The notes below the pieces were generated by a model. That model saw only the letters and a list, made by a program, of their open reading frames with translations. It made no database searches and was not told the DNA's origin. The translations under genes were made by a program, and so were the position numbers. This document shows, piece after piece, positions 23,191-35,806 of a stretch of 64,000 bases of DNA. Location of the stretch: positions 4,679,784 through 4,743,783 of the forward strand of contig JAUPSS010000004.1 of NCBI GenBank assembly GCA_040285825.1, in the 5' to 3' direction. The DNA is from Eukaryota sp. TZLM1-RC (Eukaryota > Protista > Metamonada: BaSk clade). Numbering within the stretch: position 1 is the first letter of the stretch; each line of letters begins with the position of its first letter.

Positions 23191-23571
23191 ATGAAAACAA
23201 ATTCTAAAATAATGTTCCACATTACACAATTGGTGAAAGAGCTACCAAAATACGGCATAGAGTATCAGTCATTGCCAGTGATAACTGCCGAGGAGCTTCA
23301 ACAACATACTACTCCAGAAAATGGGATATGGACAGTTGTAGGGGGCGTTGTCTTTGACGTTACCTCTTATGTAGCTAAACATAAAGGTGGAGAGCGTTGC
23401 ATTACACAGTTCGCTGGATCTGATTGTACTTCCTCTTACGCTATGGTACATGGGTACATTAACGCTCTTAGGCTTCCAGATTTCAAGGATCGCATTAAGG
23501 GTCGCGTTTCTGGCAATATACCACATAATCCATTCTCAAGGATACGTAGAAACCTTATTCCACCGTCTTAG
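23191..23571 (+). CDS. Cytochrome b5-like domain protein, copy 2
   Basis: One amino-acid difference from 15470-15850. Confidence 0.8.
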   Translation: MKTNSKIMFHITQLVKELPKYGIEYQSLPVITAEELQQHTTPENGIWTVVGGVVFDVTSYVAKHKGGERCITQFAGSDCTSSYAMVHGYINALRLPDFKDRIKGRVSGNIPHNPFSRIRRNLIPPS

Positions 23572-24022
23572 AAATGCTTGTTATCTGTTAGGGTCCTTTT
23601 TTGTTTATGTTTTTAATCAACTATTGAAATTAATTCTATTTATTCAACTCTATTAAATATCCTTTTCTTCTGCAGTGTGTTTTCTTGTTACATCTGGAGG
23701 TGTTAGGCAGACGTGCCTTGTAGGTCTTATGGCACATTCTTCTTCTGGTAATGGAGTAAAGTCATCATCCTTCCTACGAGTTGCCAAGCACTTTTCTTCC
23801 TTCTTTTGCTGTCCTTTGAGCGATTTAGCTTCACTGGCTTGATCAGATTTAAGTCCACGAGATGACATTGTATCAAAAGAGTAGAAAATTGTGTTAAAGT
23901 GGTCAAAGTTTGTATTGTTGGTAAAAGATGTCCTCCATATTCTAAAGATTTAATCTACAGTGCCCTCTACAGTGGCCTTTAAACTTTGAAAATGCATAAA
24001 TGGTGTCACTTCTGTTCCTACC

Positions 24023-25534
24023 ATGAAGCTTCACCTGCTTGTTCTTTTACTGTGTGCTCTAGCACTCGCTCAAAACAATGATGATCAAATCTTCCGACCG
24101 CTCTGCGAAAGAGGACTCACTGAGTTGGAAGACACTGTTGATCCTAACTGTGTAGGCCGTGTTATTGAAAGAAGTGTGTAATTTGCAATTCTAACATTAG
24201 GACAACCTGAAAACAACCAAACCAATGACAACAACAACAATAACAACAATAACAACAACAATAACAACCAAAACCAAGAAAACGAACTTGTTCAAAACTC
24301 TACCGTCTTGGCTGTTGCTGGTTCTCGCTTGTTCCCTCTCCGCTTTGCTGTTATGGTCGATATTCCTGAAGAATACTTGGAAAATGATAACAATAATAAC
24401 ATGGAAACGGCCCAGAACAACAACAACAACAATAACCGAACTGGTGATGTTATGTATCTCCTCGATACCCATGAACGCGAAGAGATCGACTTTGAAGACG
24501 TTCGCTCCACCACCGCTGACACTGTTGAACAAGTTGGTGAAAATCACGAAGAAGTCCGTCAAGGGTTAGCCACGTTCAATGATGAAGTTGAAATCCAACA
24601 AGAACTCACCGAGGAAGAAGACCAAGTTGCTGAAGCTGTTCGTGACACTGAGGTTCATAATAACAACAACAATAACAATAATAATAATAACAATAACAAC
24701 GGCGAAGCACGTATTCTCGATGCCATTGAACATGTTATTGAAGAAGCTGAATGGGATGATGAAACTCCCAATGTTATTGTTATTATCACTGAACGTCAAC
24801 TCAATGATAACAACAACAATAACAACAATAACAATAATAATAACATCCAAAAGAAGCAACAAAACCAACGTAGAGAAGAAATCCGTAACCTCCTCCAAGA
24901 AAACGATGCCCGTGCTGTCTTTACTGTACCTGAAGAACGTGAAGAAGAATACAACCAACTTTCCCAAGACCTTGAACACAGCGAAGTATATGTTGTTGAT
25001 GAAGACACTACCTCCGAACAACTTGCTTCTGAACTCGAACGTATTTTAGAAGAAGAAGAAGAAGAGCCTGAAGAACCTGTTGATGATGTTGTCATTATTG
25101 AGGTTGAAATCGAAAACGAAGTTGAAGGTGTTCATCTTGAAGCTCTTCGCGAAGAGATTGAAGTACATCTTCAGAACGCTACCGATGCTCCCCGTGTTCC
25201 AGTCTTCTTCCACGCCTACACCGAGGAATGTAAAACTATGGCTGAATTTATCACTGAACCAACTGAAGCTTTCAATGTTACCATTACTGTTCGCCGTGAA
25301 GAAGAAGAAGAGAACGACAATGACAACGACAACAACAATAATAACAACAATAACAACAATAACCAATCTCAAGATCTTCGCTTCTACATCATGCGCTGCC
25401 CTTGCTTGTCTGTCCCTATTGAACCTAAATGTGGCTTCTTGTTCCCTGGTCATGCTAGAAGGTGTGTTGAAGTGAATGGTAATGACAATAACAACAACAA
25501 TAACAACAATAACGGAAACAATGGTAATAACTAG
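24023..25534 (+). CDS. Secreted acidic, poly-Asn-rich protein, copy 2 (27-nt intron at 24174-24200)
   Basis: Signal peptide from ATG 24023; intron gtgtgtaatttgcaattctaacattag; joins ORF 24308-25534. Confidence 0.85.
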
Positions 25535-27859
25535 TTTTTGTGTTGAATAAATGCTTTCTCTTTTCTTTCGTCTTTGATTTTTCGAATATTGTGGTTGTAA
25601 ATATTTTGTGATGAATTGAAATATTGATGTTGATATGTTTAATTATATTTCTTTTTTGAATCATTCCAACATTGAGTTGCTATTCAGTTCATTGCACTAA
25701 ATATGAAGACTGATGTTCTAACTTTAATGTACCTGCAACAAAAAGGACAGAGTAATTTTATATGAATCATTCAAAACAGCTTTTGTAAAACTTGAAACAC
25801 AATTTGGCACTTAATTATCCTCACCAAGTTTCTCTGCTAATCTTGGGCAAAAAGGAATACCAGAGGATCCTATAATCGGATTGTTGTGTGTTTTGAACTC
25901 CCATTTCCAAATGATTTTCCAGCAAATTTGCAGTTACAATATCCTTTTCCACAACTCCTTTTGTTTAAAAAGATTACAAAAACAATTTCACAATTGTGGC
26001 CAATTAAGAATTAGGACAACACTTTTATGGTAATTTTGACAACTCTATACAATACTGCCTTGTAGATTCATCAAAAAGAGGCAATCAGTGTTAGAAAAGT
26101 TTTAATCGAAACTAGGAAGTAGTGAAAAGTGCATCAAAATGTCTTTATAGTTTTTGAATTCTCACCACAAAAGCTACTAATTCTATGGTAATTAAGTTGC
26201 TTGTATAAGAGCAGCCAGCTCACAAATAGGAACTTTTTGTGAATTTCTCATATGCTGAAGAAGCGATCAAGTTCCGCTTTATATGCGTCATGGTGTATTT
26301 AATCATTAATTTGTAGAATTGCCCATTTTTTAACTTTCACAGAAATCACAACAGAGCAAACCAACAATGACGATTATTTTTTATTTTTAGGTGCAACAGT
26401 GTCCTTTTTTAAAAAAGAATCCTAGTGTTCGGCTTAAATAATCCGTTGTTTAGATCTGATGACATTATTGAATTGTCTATTCAACTACTTAGAAAAATTA
26501 AATAACTTTTCACACATCTATAATCTAAATCCACAGATATACGAATTGTTTTTATTTGTAATGGGCTCACAGAGTTTGTAAAAAATGCTCTTAGCGAACC
26601 AATGTTTTACACAGATGATCCAAGGTAAAGTTTTGACATATGTTATAACAAAAATGTAAACAATTACGAAGGCAAAAAAGTGCTTTCAGCTCGAATGCAT
26701 GGGCGCAATTCAATAAAAAATAAAATGGATTACACTAATACAAAATTAGTATCTTCAACTATTATAGAAACTATACAAGGCTAACAACACCGTATCTCGA
26801 GATTGCTACCTTTTGGAATCACTCAATTCAGGCTTGAATTACCATTGCTGTCATTAATCGATCTCCAATCAATGTTTATATTGATAGAAACAGACCGCTT
26901 GTTTTTTTCCGTTTTCTTTAAACGGAAGGCTATCAGTAGAGGCAGTAAATTTTTGGAACGATTTCCAAAAACTGGTTGAAGAAAAAACTATGCAGAGATT
27001 TGATGTTATTTGTGGCGGTCGCGAATTCAATTCGTCATCATTAATAGATTACCTCGGTATTTCATCGAAGAAGAGAAGCAATGGCGAGAAAACAAGCAGA
27101 TCAGGATTTTGTAGAGTAAATCTTGGTTCATTGAATTTAGTCCCATTAGTTCTGATTTCACTTTATTGAATTTTGTGATTCAATAGAATTTGAGTTTAAT
27201 CAAAAATAAATGTTTTCAACATGGAAATATAGTTGAAGCCAAAATTATGTTCAGAAAATTGGGTCTAAACGTGAAAATGGTCAGAAAAAAGGACCAAAAC
27301 AGCAATTACCACACAAAAAGATTAGCTTTGTCTGTGATTTGTGAAACCAAATAGAAAGAAGGCTAAACATTCCAAGTGAGAGGTATTTTATTTTATTTTT
27401 ATCAAGGCTAAACGTGCCCTTTCCATTATGGTAAGTATTACGTCATCATTAGTGTGAATTCATTATTTGTATTATTTATTTTGATTTTCTTAACCCAGTT
27501 TTTTAAACGTCTTTTATAAATTGTTTCATGGATAATTGTGCACGAAAGCCAACAATATAATTTGCTTCAATCAGTTGCAGAAAAAATTACAGGTTGACAC
27601 AAAGATATTGCTCCCTATCCAAATAAATATATTTCATTGTAATGAATCGAGACATTGTGGTAATTGAATGTGTTGTTTAACTAATTACATTAGTGTTGCT
27701 TTTAAATTAGTTGGCTGCCGGTTAGGTTATGTGCCTCAAATTCTGAATGAATTGCAAAGCATTTTGGAGAAAATTAAACTTCATTCAATATCTTCTTTAA
27801 ACTTTAAAAAGGTTTAGAAAAACATACCAATTTTAAATTATATTTATTTCACTTGCAAA

Positions 27860-28910
27860 CTTGACAAAAGAACTCATCACTAATGAAACGAAATTCTTTG
27901 AATCAAGATTTCCTCTACAAAATCTTGATTGTCTTGCTGTCTAGCAAAAGCTTCTTTAATTCGATTGAACAACCGATGCAATCTATAATAATGGCAAATT
28001 GAATTCGAGAGCGCCATAAAAAGATATCAAATCTTTTCATTGTTTTTTCCTGAAGCATTTTTTGGAAACCATTCAAAAAGGTTTCTGCTTCAACTGATAG
28101 TCTTCCGTTTATCAAAAATGGAAATGCAATAAAAACAAGTGGTCTATTTCTATCAGCATTAGCTTTTTCGATATCTTTGTCATATTTTCTATGTTTTTCT
28201 TTAGCTTTAAATTTAAGAGCACTTACAGGATTAAGTTTTCTTCTTTGACCCAAAGTGTCATTTGCAACATTACAAGAGACAAAGTCAACAACAGCCTCAG
28301 AATTCTCAATCCAATCACAGTATACTTCACCTCTATCATCAGAACCAAAATTATTCAATGACAATGTTTCTTTCAGCAGAGGCTCTTTGATACACGAAAT
28401 TCTTGCAGTTCGAGCCATATTAAAAACAGTGTCTCTCACAGCATCATGTAATGAAGAACGATAAGTTATCTATTTAGAACTATTCGTAGCATAACGCAAA
28501 GAGCTGAGGTGAATTCGAACAGATACATTTTTCTATCCATACTACTGCCAAGTGCCAAATAGAGCCCATAAGTGATTTCTGTTCAATAATTACATTATTT
28601 GTGTATAATTTTTTCTTCGAACATGAACCAGAATGTGTAGTGTTATCATAAACACTAGCTCTCTTTCTTTTACTTTCCTCTACAATCTTAAAAATTGATT
28701 AAAATGTATATTAGTTCATTTTTAACATTGGCCTTACATTGAATGTTGGGCCAAATAGAGTCCTTTTCTTCAGATGCTCTGTGATAGAGCCCATCGAAAT
28801 AGAACCCCGCCCAATAGAGCCCCTAAGTAATTTTTGGGGGCTTCAAGGTAGCCCAGGCTCAATTTGGCACTTGGCAGTAATTGATTAATGGGTATATTCA
28901 AATATGATCT
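27860..28910 (-). mobile_element. 5'-truncated family B RLE fragment interrupted by a MITE
   Basis: ORF 27915-28439 is homologous to the family B RLE. Family B sequence resumes at 28880 (attgattaatggg). Confidence 0.85.
28545..28877. mobile_element. MITE, ~333 bp, 22-bp TIRs, TA target duplication (Tc1/mariner-type)
   Basis: TA|CTGCCAAGTGCCAAATAGAGCC ... GGCTCAATTTGGCACTTGGCAG|TA, with internal ATAGAGCCC-like repeats. Confidence 0.85.
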
Positions 28911-30169
28911 CAATTACCAATTTTGTTATTCTCAAAATTTGAAGAAAACCGACTTCTTGAAAGTTAATGCTCATTCCATAATTTTAGCTTTCTGTTGTTT
29001 ATTTAACTCAATTGCTTCTTCGCTGATTTGCTGAAGGTCGTTCCAGAAAGGTCAAAAAAACAATATTTTGTTCAACAAATTTACGACGTGTTGGCATTTT
29101 AAAATGGTCAATTTTATGCCAATAGTCATCTTTGGGCAGTGGAAAAAATTTATTTATGAAATTTAGTGTAGATTTTCCGAAGAGTGTCACTTGTTAGATT
29201 CTAATAACAGTCTATATTTGAATGAATTATCCTCTGAACTGGAAAAACTACCACCCCTAAATGAAACGAATGGTTTCCTCAATTGACTCAGAAAATTCCG
29301 GACCGACCCCTTACAAATTTGAAGTGTTGTTGGAAAAAGCTTCGATTTTGATCTCAAAATTAATCCGAGTAAGGAACAATTCTGGCTTTTGTAAAACCTT
29401 TACATAATGTTGATGACAGTATGGTTTTGCTTCAGTGACAGCCATTCCTCTTGTCTATAATAATCCAGTAAATGATTGTGATTGGTCTTTGAATATGAGA
29501 CTTCGTTCCTTTCTCTGACGTGTACCCTTATTATTGTCTGCTTTATTATCTCTTGGTCGTTTTTATGAAGGAAAAACTTTTAGTCAATTCTTTTTGGCCG
29601 ATTAGGGTTATGAAAATTTAGTATCTTAAGTTTGTGGTTTAGTTTCTCGTTGGAATAATGTAAATTCAGTCAAAAAATATTATTTGACGTGAAATTTTAT
29701 TTGTGAATATGGACGAAAAATTCTTTTACTCATTTGTTTACTTGTTAACATTTTATTACCTTTAGAAGCAAGGATCATAATGTTGTAAGAGTCCAAATAT
29801 ATTGTATGTGCAAGTCTCATAGAATTGAACCGTTTTGGGAACATCTATTGTCAAATCTGTTTGATGCTGAAGATGATATTTATAAGAAGAGAGGTGGTGT
29901 CATTCTACCTGAATTAGATAGAACATTATGTTAGTGGATGTGCTGTCTAATGACCCTTGTAATGCTTTGAATGAAAAATAAGCTAATTTTGAAGTCCTTA
30001 CTACCCTTTCAAATTCTGATAATTTCCAAATTAAAATTTACAGTCATGAAAATGCAATTGTAGTTACTTATTAATTCCCTATTTAGTTTACTTGCTTTCA
30101 CCGCTCTACGATTTCTGGAAGATTTTGAAAAGAGTGCTGGAAAAAAACCAATTGAAGTTTTATTTATTT

Positions 30170-32080
30170 ATTCAAGTTTTCAAAAATGCTTTCAACTCAG
30201 TTTTTCACTCAAGCATTTTACAAAAACGTGAACTTTATTATTTTCCTCTTTTGCCATATTTTAAATTGATGTATGGATCACCCTCTAACCTGATTTTCCA
30301 TTCTGAGAAAATTGTTTCGTCAAGAGGTGTCAAACAAGGAGATCCTCTGGGTTTATTTTTCTTTTGCTTAGCACTTCAATCAGTTTCAGTAAAATTTAAG
30401 ATGCATTTTCCTGACATTGATTTATGTGCTTATGCAGATGATTTATCACTTATTGGTCCTTTGTCCCTTTTACACCAAGGGCTACAACATTTCGTTATTC
30501 TGTTCCAACAAATTGGGTTAGATATTAAGTTGCCCAAGTGTTTCATTATTGGTAATCAGAATGTTGAGGTAACATTTAATGAAACTTTCATCAAATATGT
30601 TGATTATGAAGCAGATGCGATTCGTTTTCTTGGCTCTTATTTTGGACATAGTGAAACAATTAAATCGATTTTGACAGGTATTTTGGGAAAAAATGATGAG
30701 CAACTTTTTGCTATTCAAGAACTAATAATAGACAAGCATTTAGCGTTTTCGGTTCTGAATGTGTGTTTTGGATCAAAAATTAATCACCTTCTTCGTTCTT
30801 CATCTCCTACAATTTCACATGATTTTACACGTCAATTTAATGCTCTGAGAACCAATTTTTTTAGGAGAATTAGTGGAAGTTTGTTTGACCAAAATTCCTT
30901 ATCATGCATTTTTTAGTCCTAAATTTGCAGGAGTTGGTTTTTCAAAAGCGGAGTATTTATGCAAAATTGCTATTATTGGTGGTATGAAATATTTTCTTTT
31001 TGAGTCGAAACTTCGGTTTGATGAAATTCCTTTGAATGAATCACATCCTTTATTATAGTTTCTCGAAAACATAGTGCAAGAACTACCTATTGATGTGTGG
31101 AATAAGTGTTTTCCTTCAAGTTTGCCTTCTGTACCTTCGAGATCTTTGTCTAATCTTCATGTTGCTTTTGTAAAATTACAGAAGTCACATTTAAATGGTT
31201 TTGAAGACCTGAATTTTTTTTGAACGACTTAGTGTGACTAAGATTAATAATCCCGTCGTTGCTACCTTTTTATCAGACATCCATAATTGTATTAGTTTAA
31301 TATCTCAGCAACCAAGGCCATTTGGTCTTCACTTAACAAATGAAGCTTGGAAACAAAACATGCGCTTGAGATTAGGGTTGTATCCAAGTGGACTTTTGGA
31401 TAATTCTGTTTGTATTTCTAACGAAAAACCGTCCGCCAATTTCCGTCATATTGTTAGTTGTCAGAAGATTCTTCAATATCGGCCAGTTCTTCATAATGCT
31501 ATTCGTGATGCGACGTATGAAATGTTTAAGTGTTACAAGATCAGTTGCAAAGTGGAACCGTTGTTGATGCATTATAGCGATAATAATTTGTCTGATTCAC
31601 GTCGAGGTGATTTAATTGCTCCTTTTGTGGACTCCTTTCAAGTTGTTGTTGATTTTACTACATTTGATCCCTTTGCTTCATTTGATCGTGATGATGTTTT
31701 ATTTAGTTCTAATGGTCACTTGAACAAGGCTGAAGTTCGTAAACGAGACAAATATGCTGAGTTATTAAATGATTTAAATAAGAACCTTTACTCGAAGATT
31801 TCGTTTGTTCCTTTTGCCTTCTCGATTTTTGGCAACATTGGTCACTTTGCCTTAAATTTTCTTAATGATTTTGATAATTTATGTCATTCATGTTGAAAAT
31901 TTTTTTCAATGAATTTATGGAAGAATCATATCATTTTTGCTTTGTACAGAAGTGTTCCCAAGTACTTAAATTTATTGATGTCCAAGTTGTATAAGGATTC
32001 ATCAAGAGTTGGCGTGGAGAATTTTGTTTCTTATGTGTTTTAATTTGTTTTTTTTTGTTTTTTTGCTTTGTATTTATTTG
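30170..32080 (+). mobile_element. 5'-truncated CRE-like family A copy (RT domains 3-7 + RLE), decayed
   Basis: FKNAFNS, SSRGVKQGDPLG, AYADD, RFLGS, then RLE ORF 31234-31896 and T-rich tail. Confidence 0.9.
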
Positions 32081-32094
32081 CTTCAGTTTGGCTG

Positions 32095-32260
32095 AATAGA
32101 ATTGATGTTCCTGTTTTTTAGGAAACACTGAAGACGGCTTTTGCTGCAATGCTTTTTCTTGGATCACACACTGAGAGAAGTGCATCTGGTTGTCTTGCTG
32201 TGAGGGTGATAGATTACTTCGGTGTTGATTTATAAGTTGTTTTTAAAATGAATTAAAACT
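32095..32260 (+). mobile_element. Family D non-LTR 3' end
   Basis: Similar to 16065-16215 (aagacgg..ggatc..gagag..tgcatct..gttgatttataag). Confidence 0.65.
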
Positions 32261-32711
32261 CAAATTTAAATTAACATGAGAAGTATAAATTAAAGTTGAA
32301 AAAAACTTGTTGAATAACAGAATTTCCATCACATCAAGTAGTTCAAGATTATCCCATTTGCTTAATTTTTATCAAAAATTTCATTGGCTACAGAAATATC
32401 ATATCTTGCTACTATACTTTTGAAGTCAGTGACAGCTTGCATTTTGCCTAGTTATCAAGATTTGTAATCTTTTATTTACATCGACTTCTAATTAATTTTT
32501 TTTACTTATCTTTTGTATCAAATGAATGACTTGGTCATGCCTATAGATACAAGTACTGCCATTGATCGATTGTGGTGTTTGTCGTGATTGATTACTGATG
32601 AAAGATCAACGGAGAGTGTAATCGCTGGATTATTATGTCATTCAAACAATTAACCAACAACATAATCACAACAATGTCAGTTTGTACAATTAAATTTAGA
32701 ATCAATACAAC

Positions 32712-32860
32712 AAGAATCCAGTTACTACGCGTCATGGTTTATTAGCTTGTAATAGTGAGAGTTGCAAACACAGTAACAATGGTAAAAGAAAGCTTCTTAA
32801 AAGAAATAGAATGGTATATCTGAATACTTTTACAAAAGCTGAAACTAGCAGCAGATGAAT
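32712..32860 (+). pseudogene. Fanzor C-terminal (Zn finger/RuvC-III) relic
   Basis: NPVTTRHGLLACNSESCKHSNNG.RKL..RNR...LN; clearly homologous to 17330-17465 (minus). Confidence 0.7.
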
Positions 32861-33094
32861 TCATTTTGACAGTTTTCGTAATTAATGCACGCAGAAGTAG
32901 ACCGTGTATGTAGGGGAGAGGTTGATCATGGTACTCAGTATTTGAACTTCGTTACCTTTTACAGAATTTTGGAGAAGGCCAAGGTAGAACAGTAGTTAGA
33001 TCATGATATTCGACTACAACTGCGATCGAACCACTGATATTGATAAAGAAAAACATCTAAAAACAAATATTTATAAAAAACGTCATATAATACA

Positions 33095-35806
33095 CTATTC
33101 CTCTACTACATTTTCCACAACTTTATCCTCAATTGGCTCTTCTGCATGCTCTTTCGGGTCATAGTCGGTCACATCATTGCTTACGTCATCATTTTGGCCT
33201 TCCTGCTTGTCACCCTCATCTTCTCCTTCCTTATCTTCTTCTTTCTTATCTTCTTCTTTCTTATCTTCTTCTTTCTTATACTCGAAACTTGGTTGTTCGC
33301 CTACTGATTCTTGATGACTTTCTTCAACGGTTTTTTCCACTTGTTCCCTATGTTCTTCACCAGAATTTTCAAGGTTAACAACATCACTTTCATTCAAATT
33401 GGCCAACAATTTTCCAAATTTACTAATATTATCCATTGTGATATAATCGTTGAATTGATCAACAGCCGCTTTGGTGATGTCATCACCCTTTGACTCAACA
33501 AGACCAATCAATTTTGAAAGCAACTGCTCTTGTTTATTTGCCAAAGTCAAATACTTATTAATCAAACCTCTCTTTTCCCTTGTACTTGGCTGAATTGGAC
33601 ATAACAGTTTTTCTTTTTTTAATTTCAAAATGATTTTCCCCCGCTCAATAACCATTTCTTCAAGTTTTTGCTTAGTTAATTCTTCCCTATTTAAACAAAA
33701 TTCCAAAGTACCCTTGTCAATCGTATCGGAATTTTTACCTTCAAATGCTAATAAACCACGATCCGAAAACTTGTCAAACAAATATGAATCGTTGAGACCT
33801 CTTCTGACAGTAATCGAGGGACTGAATGGTTTTGTGGGTTTAAATGGTGAAGTTTTTGGTGATTTCCGGGCAGTTTTGGGTGAAACTCTGGGTGACTTAT
33901 AACCGAAAACATTACCTTCACTCACCTTCAACGGAGTCTGTCCTGTTCCTAGCGGTGAAGAAAGTGTGGTCTGTCCAGTGTAAAGAGAAGGGGAAGAGAG
34001 ACCAAATCTAAACTGACCTGGACTTTGCTTGACTTCTGGTTTTTCCTGTTGACTTCTGTTGACCAAGCTTTTTCGTTGTTTAGCTGCTTGAATCATTTCA
34101 ATAGCAGACACTCCTTTGGGAGCGACAGCCATCGCCAATGATCGTAAAAGAATGGCAAATGTTAGCTTATTATCCCATTCTGGATGGGGTGAAGGGGAAG
34201 GGTCTATAGAAGTCACGGGAGAAACGTCAACATTATGACCTTCAGGGTCGAATATTTGACCTTCTTCAACAGGAATCGCCTGGACCCCCTCTAGAATTCT
34301 CCCAGCCAAGTCCATGGTTCTTACTCTGGTTAAATCACCAAATTGTCCAATAACAACATAATTAGAAACTAAATCAGACTCCAAATTTAAACTCCCAATC
34401 CCTAAACCATTGAGTCTTGCACCCCCTGCATCTCTTAACAACATTCCCTTCAATGAAGAAGGATCAAGTAGCAAAAGAGACGTGATGAGAGACCTACCAA
34501 CATTGTCGGCCCAAATAGAGAAAGGAACCAAGCTAGAAGACAACTTTTCCAAAGCAAACCTGTCAGAAGCAACTATCCAAGCGACACAAAGTGAAGCCTC
34601 AACTCTTCTCAACACAAGATCAGGAGTCGATGGTTGATCAGCAGAAACAGTAAGTAACGATGATAATAGTTGAAAATAGCTGACAACAGTGTAACCAAAT
34701 CTAAAAGAAGGGGGGCTCACTTGGACTAACAGTCTAATGCACCGAATGGCCAACGTTTGGATAGAAACATTTGAATTCTTCTCCACCAAGTTGGCAATAG
34801 CGGTCCAGGAGCGATGTTGAACAAAGGAAGAAACAAAAGAATCATTAGCCGAGACAATAAAACTTCTATCATTACTTGTGTAAGTCGTGACAGCACCTGT
34901 TGACGTAAGCAGCTTCTCAACCATGTTAAGGAGTGATGTAAGTGGCTGCGAGGAACATTCCAGGGTAAGACGATCTCTAATGAAGTTATGGATGGAGTGG
35001 TCCTCAGTTAGGCTCTTAATACAAGAAGGAACACCAGCAATAATGAGAGAAATAGCATCAAGACACAGAGAGCGAACTTCTTCGGATGGGTCGAGATGGG
35101 AAGCAGTCAACAACGTGGGAATGACAGTCGGGCAGGCAATAAGGTCAGAGGGTCGATGAGCACCAGTCACAGAAAGAACCACAGTGGCCCACTTGCGAAT
35201 GGGAAAGGAAGCAAGGTTCTCCGAGTTGGAGAGAAGGTTGGTGAGAGGGGAGAGGATGTCAGATGAAGAGATTGATTGCAGGGAAACCTGGTGGGAGCAG
35301 ATGGCAAACGATAGGGTTTCTAGGGCAGCGGCTTTGATTTCATCTGGATAATCACTTGAAGAGGGAAGGGCACCGGCGAGGGCACACAGACGACGGAGTG
35401 AGTCTATTTTGACCAGGGAGCGGGAGAGCATAAATGACAGCTTGGAGGAGGTTTGGCTATCAATAGAGTTGCAAAGATCGATAATCATTCTAATGTTCCG
35501 GAGACACAGAGTTTGGAGTTTTGAAGCAGAAGAAGGGAGCTCACATACTTGAAAGAGGATCTCAACAATGCGGCAGTTTTCTTGTCCAAAGAGTATGGCC
35601 TGGATTCGTAATGGAGAAAGGTCTGCAAAAAGGTGTTCATGGATGGTTTTGTCTAAAAGTATCTCTATTTGTTCTAAAGTAGCAGGGGCCTCAGAATCAT
35701 CAAAGTCAGGTTGAGTCCGAGTATGTACATGAATCCAATAGCCCAGAGCATCACAGATATCGCCCCAAAAGACAATATCATCCTCAAAGAGATGTGTTGC
35801 ATCCAT
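33095..35806 (-). CDS. ARM/HEAT-like helical repeat protein with Ser/Pro-rich region, coiled coil and acidic tail
   Basis: 903-aa intact ORF with Leu-rich amphipathic helical repeats (EIKAAALETL, EEVRSLCLDAI, IQTLAIRCI). Confidence 0.7.
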   Translation of the reverse strand: MDATHLFEDDIVFWGDICDALGYWIHVHTRTQPDFDDSEAPATLEQIEILLDKTIHEHLFADLSPLRIQAILFGQENCRIVEILFQVCELPSSASKLQTLCLRNIRMIIDLCNSIDSQTSSKLSFMLSRSLVKIDSLRRLCALAGALPSSSDYPDEIKAAALETLSFAICSHQVSLQSISSSDILSPLTNLLSNSENLASFPIRKWATVVLSVTGAHRPSDLIACPTVIPTLLTASHLDPSEEVRSLCLDAISLIIAGVPSCIKSLTEDHSIHNFIRDRLTLECSSQPLTSLLNMVEKLLTSTGAVTTYTSNDRSFIVSANDSFVSSFVQHRSWTAIANLVEKNSNVSIQTLAIRCIRLLVQVSPPSFRFGYTVVSYFQLLSSLLTVSADQPSTPDLVLRRVEASLCVAWIVASDRFALEKLSSSLVPFSIWADNVGRSLITSLLLLDPSSLKGMLLRDAGGARLNGLGIGSLNLESDLVSNYVVIGQFGDLTRVRTMDLAGRILEGVQAIPVEEGQIFDPEGHNVDVSPVTSIDPSPSPHPEWDNKLTFAILLRSLAMAVAPKGVSAIEMIQAAKQRKSLVNRSQQEKPEVKQSPGQFRFGLSSPSLYTGQTTLSSPLGTGQTPLKVSEGNVFGYKSPRVSPKTARKSPKTSPFKPTKPFSPSITVRRGLNDSYLFDKFSDRGLLAFEGKNSDTIDKGTLEFCLNREELTKQKLEEMVIERGKIILKLKKEKLLCPIQPSTREKRGLINKYLTLANKQEQLLSKLIGLVESKGDDITKAAVDQFNDYITMDNISKFGKLLANLNESDVVNLENSGEEHREQVEKTVEESHQESVGEQPSFEYKKEEDKKEEDKKEEDKEGEDEGDKQEGQNDDVSNDVTDYDPKEHAEEPIEDKVVENVVEE

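Larger units (their letters stand above)
22477..27250. repeat. Right arm of large inverted segmental duplication
   Basis: Begins with a copy of the last ~85 nt of the 16482 gene; reverse complement of 11820-16564. Confidence 0.95.

Noticed and set aside
29300-29580. Fragment of a further RLE family (WSLNMRLR)
   Set aside because: A single short motif in degraded sequence; boundaries cannot be set.
32205-32240. FGVDL* as an ExoI motif of another fusion copy
   Set aside because: It is the natural C-terminus (DVDL*) of non-LTR family D, matching 16190-16205.
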